This document shows positions 30,428 through 38,956 of a stretch of 64,000 nucleotides of DNA, in pieces (position 1 is the first letter of the stretch; each line of letters starts with the position of its first letter). The DNA is from an uncultured Pseudomonadales bacterium (GTDB lineage Bacteria > Patescibacteriota > Microgenomatia > UBA1400 > PJMF01), in assembly GCA_964393205.1 (NCBI GenBank), contig CAYMSV010000001.1:5841-69840 (forward strand). Reading direction: 5' to 3'. The notes beneath the pieces are model-generated. The model was not told the origin of the DNA, ran no database searches, and worked only from the letters and a program-made list of their open reading frames with translations. A program made the translations under genes and the position numbers.

Positions 30428-31288
30428 ATGACAGAAGCTAAAAAAATACCTATTTCTAGAGGAGTTTTGACAGATGTTGATTGCACTTTATTAGATAGTC
30501 AGAGACAGCTATCGATAGAAAATAGAGATGCAATTATAGATTATTTAATTGAAAGTCAGCGTAACTCTTCTTTACCAAAATTAGCTCTTTGTACCGCTCG
30601 TCACCCAGCTGCTTTAATTAAAACGGTTTTACCAATATTTGCCAAATTCGCTCCTGAATCTTTGCATGTGGTTTGCGATGGAGCCATGATTATTAATGCT
30701 AAAGCAGAAGTGCTTTGGCAAGAAGTGATCAATCCCTTGATTACCAAAAAAATTTGTCAAGATGTTGAAAAATTGAATGGTAGTTTTGCTTTTGGTAATG
30801 GACGGGTTTTTTATTGTGGCAAGTCTTTTCTTGAAGGAAGACGACAGAGTAGTGAGCCTATTGATTATTTGCCCTATACAGACATCAAAGATGATAATAA
30901 TTGGACAACCGGTTTGATTGTGATTAATCATTTAAATGAGTCGGTGGAAGCCTACATTCAAGGTTTAGAAGAAAAAAATAAATTTCATTTAGATAAATCT
31001 TTGAGTACTTTTGATCAACAACCTTATTACAATCTTACTTTACCCGGTGTTTCAAAAGTTAAGGGTTTGAAAAAATGGGCAGAATATTATGACCTAGATG
31101 CAAAAGAGATTATGATGGTTGGTGATGGAGACAATGATATTTCAGCCATGAAAAAAAGTATTGGAGTAGCTGTAGCTAATGCTAAGCCCGAGGTTAAAGA
31201 AGTGGCCAAATTGATTCTAGAACATAGTAATGATGAAGGAGCCATAGCCTGGCTTTTACAGGGAATACTCAAGGAGAGTGTTGCTTAA
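30428..31288 (+). CDS. Cof-type HAD (subfamily IIB) phosphatase
   Basis: DVDCTLL, CTAR, DGA, VSK, VGDGDNDISAM, VANA. Confidence 0.92.
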   Translation: MTEAKKIPISRGVLTDVDCTLLDSQRQLSIENRDAIIDYLIESQRNSSLPKLALCTARHPAALIKTVLPIFAKFAPESLHVVCDGAMIINAKAEVLWQEVINPLITKKICQDVEKLNGSFAFGNGRVFYCGKSFLEGRRQSSEPIDYLPYTDIKDDNNWTTGLIVINHLNESVEAYIQGLEEKNKFHLDKSLSTFDQQPYYNLTLPGVSKVKGLKKWAEYYDLDAKEIMMVGDGDNDISAMKKSIGVAVANAKPEVKEVAKLILEHSNDEGAIAWLLQGILKESVA

Positions 31289-31301
31289 TTTTATCGAATT
31301 G

Positions 31302-31772
31302 TTAATTTTTATCTCGATTCTTACCAATTTTAATTCTGACTGGAGCAAAATCAGGGTCTGTTAAGTCTGGTTCTATGAGCTGAACATGCAAATGATTGAC
31401 AGTGCCAGCACTATAATTTGTATCACCAAAGCGCATGGCAAATCCGCCCCCCTGTAATTTATATGATTCTTCGATTTCTGCTACTAGTTCAAATAATTCT
31501 TGACCAGCGGCTGGTGAGAGATCGCTGAGGTTGACGGCATGAACTTTATAGATTAATAAAAAATGATGCTTGGTGTGTGCATAGGGCCATTGATTTGTAG
31601 TCACTATCCAAAATTTGCCCTCTTTGAGAATTGGTTCTTGGTGATATTTACAAAGATTTTCTCGACAAAAAGGACAATGTTTAGCTTCAGCAATATCTTC
31701 CATAACTTGCTTCTGTTCATCTTCGCGTGCGTTATCGATATCGATAAACTGATTTTTTTGTTTTTTTGTCAT
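31302..31772 (-). CDS. HIT-superfamily protein with HxHxQ motif
   Basis: CPFC, NQWPY, HLHVQ. Start set to ATG 31772, 2 nt after the thyA stop. Confidence 0.85.
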   Translation of the reverse strand: MTKKQKNQFIDIDNAREDEQKQVMEDIAEAKHCPFCRENLCKYHQEPILKEGKFWIVTTNQWPYAHTKHHFLLIYKVHAVNLSDLSPAAGQELFELVAEIEESYKLQGGGFAMRFGDTNYSAGTVNHLHVQLIEPDLTDPDFAPVRIKIGKNRDKN

Positions 31773-31774
31773 GT

Positions 31775-32647
31775 TTATACTGCCACCGGAATATTCCAAA
31801 TACCAGGATGAGGTTTATAGTTTTCTAAAGTGAAATCTTCTTTGCGAAAAGCAAATAAATCTTTAATTTTGGGATTAAGTTTCATTTCGGGTAAAGGTCG
31901 TACTTCTCGTTTAAGCATAGTTTTTACTGCTTCAATTTGGTCAACATAAATATGAGCATCAGAAAAACTATGAACGAATTCGTAAGCTTCAATATTTAAA
32001 ACCTGAGCGATCATCATCGTTAGAGCAGCATACTGAACCATGTTGGCAGGCACACCAATTGGCACATCGGCACTGCGCTGAAACATGTGCAGGGTTAATT
32101 TATTATCAATAATCCTCATATGAATCCAGCCATGACAGGGGCAAACCACCACTTTTTGGGTGCGATCTTTGATGCGCATAGTATATTGAGGTACCCAAGG
32201 GCTAATAAAATGAGTGCGCAGATGAGGTTTTTCACGCATTTGCTGCAAAATGCTAGCAAATTGATTATAAGTTTCACCCTCGGCAGTGGGAAAGTCATGA
32301 AAGGCAGCCCCATAAGATCCAGGACCAAGATCGCCAGTTTCAAGCCCTCGTTTTTTAGCTTTGGCTTCAGTACCCCAAGCTTTCCACCAATAACAACCAT
32401 AACTTTCTAGTTCCTCTATGGTTCGAGCACCATTAATAAAAGCAATAATTTCGCCAATGGCTTGTTGCCAAATTTTTTCACTTAATTTGCGTTCGGTAAT
32501 AGCAGGAAAACCCTTTGCTAACTGATAGTGCATCGGTTTAGGACCAATAATGGTCAGAGCATCTACTCCTTGTGGAGTCTTTACTCTTTGTCCATGTTCA
32601 AGAATTTCAGCTAATAACTGTTGATATTGAGAGCGTTGTTTTTCCAT
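31775..32647 (-). CDS. thyA: Thymidylate synthase (divergent ThyA)
   Basis: GDLGPGSYG, NQ, PCH (catalytic Cys), QRSAD..GVPAN, DAHIY, C-terminal PVAV. Confidence 0.92.
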   Translation of the reverse strand: MEKQRSQYQQLLAEILEHGQRVKTPQGVDALTIIGPKPMHYQLAKGFPAITERKLSEKIWQQAIGEIIAFINGARTIEELESYGCYWWKAWGTEAKAKKRGLETGDLGPGSYGAAFHDFPTAEGETYNQFASILQQMREKPHLRTHFISPWVPQYTMRIKDRTQKVVVCPCHGWIHMRIIDNKLTLHMFQRSADVPIGVPANMVQYAALTMMIAQVLNIEAYEFVHSFSDAHIYVDQIEAVKTMLKREVRPLPEMKLNPKIKDLFAFRKEDFTLENYKPHPGIWNIPVAV

Positions 32648-32662
32648 AAGTTCTAATATATC

Positions 32663-32700
32663 ATAAAGCCGAAACGAAAGAATAAAGCCGAACTGAAAGA
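32663..32700. repeat. 19-bp tandem direct repeat in the thyA / cofE-like divergent promoter
   Basis: ATAAAGCCGAAACGAAAGA ATAAAGCCGAACTGAAAGA (17/19 identical). Confidence 0.8.
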
Positions 32701-32706
32701 ATTTTT

Positions 32707-33504
32707 ATGAAAGTAACTGCATTAAAAACTCCAATGATTGGTATCGGTGAAAAACTGAGACCAATTATTAATACTGCTATTAAAGAAAAGTTTAGCGATG
32801 GTTTGCCAGAGCGCTCAGTACTGGTCATTACTTCTAAAATTATTGCCTACGAACAAGGACGACTGATACCCACCTTAGCAGCAGAGACAGGGGCAGAAGT
32901 AACTAGGGAGGAAGAACGGGCTTTAAAACACCAACTAGTGCGCCAAGAAGCCGATTATTATCTTGAGCCTCATAGTTCAAAATATGATTTAATGCTAACT
33001 GTTACCAATGCGACTTTGATGATTAATGCAGGTATTGATGAATCTAACGCTAATGAACACTATGTACTTTGGCCAAAAAATTTATATGCTGAAGCAGAAA
33101 AAATTTGGCGAAATCTTAGGGAGGATTTTTCAGTTAAGGAAGTGGGTGTTATTATTCCTGATAGTCGCTCTGTCCCTTTGCGCTGGGGAGTAGTAGGTAT
33201 GTCACTAGCTAGTTGTGGCTTCCGACCACTCAACGATCATGTTGGTGACGAGGATTTGTTTGGTCGAGAAATTAAAATGGTACAGGTTAACGTAGCTGAA
33301 GCACTGGCTACAGCTGCTGTGTTCGAGATGGGTGAAGTGGCAGAACAAACTCCTTTGGCTTTAGTGACCGACAGCAAAATGATTAAATTTATGGATCGAC
33401 CACTTAACGAGCAAGAATTAGGGGAACTGGAAATTGCAATTGAAGATGATATGTATGGTCCATTATTAACCAGCGTTGATTGGCAAAAGGGAAAAAATGA
33501 CTGA
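32707..33504 (+). CDS. CofE-like gamma-glutamyl ligase (putative folate polyglutamylase)
   Basis: VITSKII, NAGIDESN, GVII.DS..PLRWG, DLFGR, MGE.AEQTP; overlaps the DHFR gene. Confidence 0.85.
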   Translation: MKVTALKTPMIGIGEKLRPIINTAIKEKFSDGLPERSVLVITSKIIAYEQGRLIPTLAAETGAEVTREEERALKHQLVRQEADYYLEPHSSKYDLMLTVTNATLMINAGIDESNANEHYVLWPKNLYAEAEKIWRNLREDFSVKEVGVIIPDSRSVPLRWGVVGMSLASCGFRPLNDHVGDEDLFGREIKMVQVNVAEALATAAVFEMGEVAEQTPLALVTDSKMIKFMDRPLNEQELGELEIAIEDDMYGPLLTSVDWQKGKND

Positions 33505-34072
33505 AAAGAAAAAATCCAGAATTAAAGATACTTTAATTGTAGCCACTAGCAAAGATGGTTTTATTAGTCCGGCAGATGGTGTTGAGTTGCCTTCAACAAA
33601 GTGGACTAGTGAGGAAGATTATCAGTTTTTTACTGAAAAAACTAAAGAAATTGGTGTCTTAATTATGGGTCGAGCCACCTATGACACAATTGGTCGACCT
33701 TTACCTGGACGTTTGACTGTGGTGTTGACTCGTGATAGCGAGAAACAAGCTGAGTTGGCTCGAAAGAAATTTAAAATGGATTGGTTACCTAATAATTTAC
33801 GCTTTACTAATAAATCTCCGCAAGAAGTTTTACAGGCACTAGCAACTGAGGGTTATGAGCAGGTGGCCTTGTGTGGAGGGGCGAGTTTATATCAATTGTT
33901 TACCGAACAAGATTTAGTTGATGAAATGTTTATTACCATTGAGCCAATTGAATTTGGTGAAGGCATTAAATTGTTTGAAAATAACAAAATCTTTGGTAAT
34001 TTTCAGTTGATCAAGGAAATCCCACTCAATGAGCAGGGCACCATAGTGCAACATTGGATTCGCAAAAATTAG
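33497..34072 (+). CDS. folA: Dihydrofolate reductase
   Basis: W..EED..FF, IMGRATY..IGRPLPGR, GGASLY; start set to ATG 33497. Confidence 0.88.
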   Translation: MTEKKKSRIKDTLIVATSKDGFISPADGVELPSTKWTSEEDYQFFTEKTKEIGVLIMGRATYDTIGRPLPGRLTVVLTRDSEKQAELARKKFKMDWLPNNLRFTNKSPQEVLQALATEGYEQVALCGGASLYQLFTEQDLVDEMFITIEPIEFGEGIKLFENNKIFGNFQLIKEIPLNEQGTIVQHWIRKN

Positions 34073-34087
34073 TTTTTATTGAAACTG

Positions 34088-34264
34088 TTATTTAATTAAG
34101 TTTTCGATTTCTTGATCGCTCAATTCAGGATATGCTTCTTTAAGTTTTGTAAACTTTATTTCCTGAGAGTTGTATCTCAGCGCTTCTGCTAAGCGTTTCG
34201 CATCTTCAATCATTTGAGCTTTTTCAGTTAGGTGTTGTTGGCCTTCTGTTCTTAGTTCTGTCAT
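34088..34264 (-). CDS. Small hypothetical protein (58 aa), not in the ORF track
   Basis: MTELRTEGQQHLTEKAQMIEDAKRLAEALRYNSQEIKFTKLKEAYPELSDQEIENLIK*. TATAAT lies 8 nt upstream, and the ORF fills the intergenic gap. Confidence 0.65.
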   Translation of the reverse strand: MTELRTEGQQHLTEKAQMIEDAKRLAEALRYNSQEIKFTKLKEAYPELSDQEIENLIK

Positions 34265-34306
34265 ATGTTCTCATTATATGAAAATATTGTGCTTTTGCCA
34301 AATCTT

Positions 34307-34915
34307 TTAATAAAAACTTTCACCATGACCAGGTAAGACAAGCGAATATTTATTATTTTGTTTAAGTTTTTTGAGCTTAGCCAAGCTGTTTAGTAAATCT
34401 TGATGATTGCTATAACTAAAATCTGTACGACCCACGCCATTGGCAAAGAGAGTGTCTCCACTGAATAAATAAGTTTCTCCATTTTCTTGTTTTTTACTTA
34501 ATAAAGAAATACTGCCTGGGGTATGTCCAGGAGTATGGATAACTTGCAGAGTTTCTGATCCCAATTTGATTTCTTGTCCATCACTAAGTGCCTGATTGGC
34601 TTTGGGGACAGGATCGCTGCTGCGTCCTAGCCAATGTAAGGCACTATCATTAGCGCTATCTAGTAAAAAATTATCTTTTGGATGGAGCATAATTTTTAAT
34701 TTTGGCCAAGAAACAGCTAAACTCAATAAACCTAAACAGTGATCGAAATGACCATGGGTTAAGATTACTGCTTTTAACTGTAAATTATTTCGACTTAGCT
34801 CTTCATTTAAAAAATCACCCTCATCACTAGGATCAATAATGATTGCTTCTTGTTCATCATCGAGTAAGTAGCAATTAGTTTGCAAATCACCAAGTGTGAA
34901 AATACTTAAATTCAT
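34307..34915 (-). CDS. MBL-fold metallo-hydrolase (glyoxalase II/YcbL-like)
   Basis: THGHFDH, TPGHTPGS, GDTLF, PGHG. Confidence 0.93.
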   Translation of the reverse strand: MNLSIFTLGDLQTNCYLLDDEQEAIIIDPSDEGDFLNEELSRNNLQLKAVILTHGHFDHCLGLLSLAVSWPKLKIMLHPKDNFLLDSANDSALHWLGRSSDPVPKANQALSDGQEIKLGSETLQVIHTPGHTPGSISLLSKKQENGETYLFSGDTLFANGVGRTDFSYSNHQDLLNSLAKLKKLKQNNKYSLVLPGHGESFY

Positions 34916-34982
34916 TACTTTAGTCTAGCTTATTTGTCAAAAATTTGTTAGCATGATCGCTGAATTTAATGAGAGGAAATTA

Positions 34983-35414
34983 ATGAAAGTAAAGATTAAG
35001 CGCTTTGATAAAACTTTGCCGCTACCAGTTTATAAAACCAGTGGTGCCGCGGCGCTAGACTTAGCCAGCAGAGAAGAAATGAAAATTGAAGCCGGGCAAG
35101 TTGATTATTTACCTCTCAATATTGCACTACAAGTACCTAAGGACAGTTTTGTCTTAGTGGCGGCGCGCAGTTCATTGCACAAACGGGGTTTATTTTTAGT
35201 GAATGGCATTGGTATTGGTGATAGCGATTATTGTGGTGGTGAGGATGAATATCGAGCAGCTGTCTATAATTTTTCCAAAGAAACAGTTACAGTGAAAAAG
35301 GGTGAACGAGTAGCGCAAATGATGGTTCTGAGAAGGGAGAAAGTTGAGTGGGAAGAACTAGATGATTTTAGCGATCAGAAAAACCGTGGTGGTTTTGGAA
35401 CTACTGGTCAGTAA
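34983..35414 (+). CDS. dut: dUTP diphosphatase (trimeric)
   Basis: AALDL, RSSL, GIGDSDY, VAQ, RGGFGTTG; start set to ATG 34983. Confidence 0.95.
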   Translation: MKVKIKRFDKTLPLPVYKTSGAAALDLASREEMKIEAGQVDYLPLNIALQVPKDSFVLVAARSSLHKRGLFLVNGIGIGDSDYCGGEDEYRAAVYNFSKETVTVKKGERVAQMMVLRREKVEWEELDDFSDQKNRGGFGTTGQ

Positions 35415-35476
35415 AAAACAAAAAAAAGACTCTATAATTATTAAAGACACAAAAAGTCAAAACAGAAAGTAAGCTT

Positions 35477-36190
35477 ATGAAGCCTGCACAAAAAAAAGGA
35501 TTACTGATTACTTTGGAAGGTGGAGAGGGAGGTGGCAAAACCACTCAAATTGTGCGCTTAAAAAATCGTTTAGTTAAAGCTGGTAAAGATGTGGTAGTTT
35601 TGCGTGAACCAGGCGGTACGGCCATTAGTGAACAAATTCGTGAAGTAGTTTTATCCAGCAAAAATATTGGCATTGCTTTTACTACCGAAGTTTTATTATT
35701 TCAGGCGGCTCGCTCACAAATTTATCGAGAAATTGTTCTGCCTTCACTTAAAGCTGGAAAAATAGTGGTGATGGATCGATCCCGAGACAGCAGTGTGGTT
35801 TATCAGGGAATGGTTAGGGGTTTTGGTATAGAATTAATCGAGCAGTTAAATGACATTTCAACCAAAAAAACTTATCCAGATATTACTTTTTTACTTGATG
35901 TTCCAGTAAAAATTGGTCTTGAAAGAAGAAATGGCGCAGGCGATGTCAATCGTTTAGATATGGAAGCTAAGGATTTTCATCAAAAAGTTCGTCAATCCTA
36001 TTTAGAATTAGCAAAAAAAGATCAGAAAAAAAATGGCAAAAATGCTCGCTGGGTAGTGGTTGATGCTGAGCCAGAAATTGAGCAAGTTGAAAAGAAAATT
36101 TGGCAGACTGTCAAAGATTTTTTAGTGAAAAAAGAGCTTAGTCCTTGGCAAGATGAAGTCTCAGATCTTGATTTAGAATATTCAGAATAA
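35477..36190 (+). CDS. tmk: Thymidylate kinase
   Basis: EGGEGGGKTT, REPGG, MDR..SSVVYQG, PDITFLLD. Confidence 0.95.
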   Translation: MKPAQKKGLLITLEGGEGGGKTTQIVRLKNRLVKAGKDVVVLREPGGTAISEQIREVVLSSKNIGIAFTTEVLLFQAARSQIYREIVLPSLKAGKIVVMDRSRDSSVVYQGMVRGFGIELIEQLNDISTKKTYPDITFLLDVPVKIGLERRNGAGDVNRLDMEAKDFHQKVRQSYLELAKKDQKKNGKNARWVVVDAEPEIEQVEKKIWQTVKDFLVKKELSPWQDEVSDLDLEYSE

Positions 36191-36193
36191 TTT

Positions 36194-36835
36194 ATGCAAA
36201 AATTACCGAAAGCACTGCGTCGCTTGATCGAAAAATTTGAAACCTTGCCTGGCATTGGTCCTAAATCAGCTCAACGCTTGGTTTTTTATTTATTACACAC
36301 TTCTGAAGCTCATTTAGAGGATTTTTCCGAAAAATTATTAGCCCTTAAACGAGAAACGGTAATGTGTAAGACCTGTCACAATGTGGCAGAGCAAGATCCT
36401 TGCAGTATTTGTCAGGACAAACAACGAGATCAAGAAGTATTGTGTGTGGTAGAGCAGCCACTCGATTTGTTAGCAATTGAGAGTTCAGGAAAATATTTAG
36501 GTAACTACCATGTTTTACATGGCTCAATTGCTCCTTTGAATAATATTGGTCCTGATCAGCTCTATTTACGCGATATTATTAAGCGGCTGAAAGATGAAGC
36601 CGGAGATTTGCAAGTTAAAGAATTAATTTTAGCTACCAATCCAACTATGGAAGGAGAGGCGACAGCCCTCTATATTGCTGAAATGCTTAGAAACGATGCT
36701 TTTTTTGCTGAAAAAATTAATGATGGCGAGCTAACAATAACACGCATTGGCCACGGTTTGCCGATCGGTGCAGATATTGAATATGCAGACGGGGTAACTT
36801 TAGCACGCGCTCTTGAGGGAAGAAGAAAATTATAA
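36194..36835 (+). CDS. recR: Recombination mediator RecR
   Basis: LPGIGPKSAQR, C4 Zn finger, Toprim (ATNPTMEGEATA). Confidence 0.97.
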   Translation: MQKLPKALRRLIEKFETLPGIGPKSAQRLVFYLLHTSEAHLEDFSEKLLALKRETVMCKTCHNVAEQDPCSICQDKQRDQEVLCVVEQPLDLLAIESSGKYLGNYHVLHGSIAPLNNIGPDQLYLRDIIKRLKDEAGDLQVKELILATNPTMEGEATALYIAEMLRNDAFFAEKINDGELTITRIGHGLPIGADIEYADGVTLARALEGRRKL

Positions 36836-36840
36836 ATTAA

Positions 36841-37371
36841 TTATTGGATAGGGCCATCTTTTAAAACTTGAAGCCAATCAGTAGCAACATAGCCAATAGA
36901 TCCATCACCTTCTGATTTCACCAAAATCCAATTGTAGCCATCTTTTTCTCCAGCTAATTCAACAACTTTAAAAACTGTTCCATCTGGAACATTTTTAACT
37001 AAATTTGAATTAATACCAGCTTCAGTTCTGATGTTTAAACCATCACCACCAGTTTCCACTACTTGCACCCTGGAGCCAGGGAGAATTCTTTGGTCAACAG
37101 CTGGTACTTCAAAAGATTCATGAGTCTTAGCAACACTCTGATCATTAACATTTTCTTCCATATTCAATGCTTGTACATTGAAGGCTCTAGAGCGCGGATC
37201 TTCTAAATCATTTTCTGATTTATTATTTTCTCCAAAAATTTGATGGCCAAGGAGTGCTAGGCCCACCACAGCAACGATAACAGCTGTTCTTTGGGGAAGT
37301 TTATTATTTTTATCTATAGAATCAGGATTAAATGGTTTTAAGGTTTCTGGTTTTTCCGTCATGATTATCAT
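36841..37371 (-). CDS. Membrane-anchored SH3b-domain protein (likely start ATG 37362)
   Basis: TM helix; GLNIRTEAG...W..V...GYVATDWL. Confidence 0.85.
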   Translation of the reverse strand: MIIMTEKPETLKPFNPDSIDKNNKLPQRTAVIVAVVGLALLGHQIFGENNKSENDLEDPRSRAFNVQALNMEENVNDQSVAKTHESFEVPAVDQRILPGSRVQVVETGGDGLNIRTEAGINSNLVKNVPDGTVFKVVELAGEKDGYNWILVKSEGDGSIGYVATDWLQVLKDGPIQ

Positions 37372-37445
37372 TATAGCAAAACTTGTTTCTTAATACTATT
37401 TTTGCTATATTGAAGTGTAGATGGATCAGTATCTAATATTGATTG

Positions 37446-37485
37446 ACCGACTACTTTGTTATCAACAGAGTTGCCGGTTTTTTTT
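37446..37485 (+). terminator. Terminator-like hairpin within the hpf 5' region
   Basis: ACCGACTACTTTGTT-ATC-AACAGAGTTGCCGGT followed by a T-run. Confidence 0.6.
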
Positions 37486-37559
37486 ACCAAATTCAACTCA
37501 AAATAATTTAACAAGGTCGATATTATTAAGTTTGAAGCCATCAGGCTAGAAGGAGACTC

Positions 37560-37874
37560 ATGAAAGTGATTGTTCAGGCTAAAAGTTTAAAGGTTACGAG
37601 AGCTTTACGTGAATTTATTGAACGACATAGTCAAAAATTAAATAAATTGGGCCAAAATGTAACGGCAGTACGCGTTTACTTAGAACAAAGCACTAAAAAG
37701 AGTAGTAAGAGTAAGAGCGTGTTAGTAAAGTTTAAAATTGAGGTGCCGGGACAAGATTTATGGGTTGAGGTCGCAGGTTATGATTTTTATGACGCTATCG
37801 TTGATGCGATTAATGCCGCAACTCGTAAACTCAGAAAAAATAAAGAAAAACAATTAGACCAACAAAAGGCTTAG
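37560..37874 (+). CDS. hpf: Ribosome hibernation factor (short HPF/RaiA)
   Basis: VT.ALREFI..KL, DFYDAI....RKLRKNKEK; AGAAGGAG SD. Confidence 0.88.
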   Translation: MKVIVQAKSLKVTRALREFIERHSQKLNKLGQNVTAVRVYLEQSTKKSSKSKSVLVKFKIEVPGQDLWVEVAGYDFYDAIVDAINAATRKLRKNKEKQLDQQKA

Positions 37875-37921
37875 TAAAACGCTAGTAGTTGTTAGCCTTA
37901 TTTTTGTGCTATCCTAGCTTT

Positions 37922-38263
37922 ATGTCAGACAATCAAGATCCTTTAACTATGTTACAAAAAATTATTGAAAAACCTGAGGGAGCAGAGCCTGTACAAAATA
38001 GTGCTGATGACAAACAAGATCAGCAAGTCCAATCTCAAGAAGAAATTGCTGCACAAGAAAAGAGAATGGTTGAGCTTAAAGCCAAGGAAGTTGCTAAATC
38101 AGCTGAAGACGAGGTAAAAATTGCTGAAACAAGAGAAGAATTTTCTCAGGTAATTGGTGATGCTGATCAAGAATCAACAGATCAACTTCCCAGCGAAGGA
38201 GATGACAGTGATCAGGACAGGGAAGAAATTCACAAGATTGCTCAGTTAAAAAGATTAGATTAA
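37922..38263 (+). CDS. Acidic hypothetical protein
   Basis: Start set to ATG 37922, 6 nt after TGnTATCCT. Confidence 0.7.
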   Translation: MSDNQDPLTMLQKIIEKPEGAEPVQNSADDKQDQQVQSQEEIAAQEKRMVELKAKEVAKSAEDEVKIAETREEFSQVIGDADQESTDQLPSEGDDSDQDREEIHKIAQLKRLD

Positions 38264-38269
38264 TTTATT

Positions 38270-38929
38270 ATGGAAGGTGGATCAAGTCTAGGTGCTGGAG
38301 CTAAAAGCCAGCTAACCAGTAGTGGGGGTTTTCGTCAAACTTTTGGTGGTAGTATTACTGAAGAACACTTGGATAAGGCGGCCGCTAAGACTAGTAGTCA
38401 AATTAAGCAAAGCAATCAGCAAAGTAGTGTTTTGGGTCAAAAGGGCGCGCAAAAGGGAGCGGCCGCCACTCAAGGCGCTGGTAAAACAGATCTAGCTAAA
38501 ACTCCAGATAAAGCAGCCACTCAAGCACGGCCAGTGGCTAGTTTAAATCAAGAGTTGATTAGACGTCCAGCTGTCGATGTGCTAGATACTTTTAAGGCAA
38601 TGTTTGACCCTAATCGTTTACTTAATATTCAAACCAAAACCCCAGAAGAACAGGCTAAGCAAAAAAAAGTAGCTGCTCGTTGGCAGCAGCTAACTGAGGC
38701 TGAACAGGCTGAAGCTAAACGCCTATATGAAGAAAGCTTGGCAAAAAAACGTCAAGAACAAGAAGCTGAAGAACAAAAGAAAAAACAAGAAGAAGAGGCT
38801 AAAGCCCAAGAATTACCAGTTCCTCAGGGTCGACAAACTGGTTTTCGTGGTTTTGGCGGTATGTCTGGCTCTACAAAAGCTCAAACTATTCTACAGCGCC
38901 AGCGCACTACCATGACTGGGGCAGAATAA
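38270..38929 (+). CDS. Hypothetical low-complexity/coiled-coil protein
   Basis: 219-aa ORF, Gly/Ser/Gln-rich N-terminus, E/K/Q coiled coil. Confidence 0.75.
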   Translation: MEGGSSLGAGAKSQLTSSGGFRQTFGGSITEEHLDKAAAKTSSQIKQSNQQSSVLGQKGAQKGAAATQGAGKTDLAKTPDKAATQARPVASLNQELIRRPAVDVLDTFKAMFDPNRLLNIQTKTPEEQAKQKKVAARWQQLTEAEQAEAKRLYEESLAKKRQEQEAEEQKKKQEEEAKAQELPVPQGRQTGFRGFGGMSGSTKAQTILQRQRTTMTGAE

Positions 38930-38956
38930 GTTTTTTAATGCTAAAATGAACTAGCC

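Noticed and set aside
27930-36190. Phage-type DNA hypermodification cluster (dCMP hydroxymethylase) or prophage
   Set aside because: ThyA keeps the Asn that specifies dUMP, whereas dCMP hydroxymethylases have Asp. No phage genes; embedded between topA and recR.
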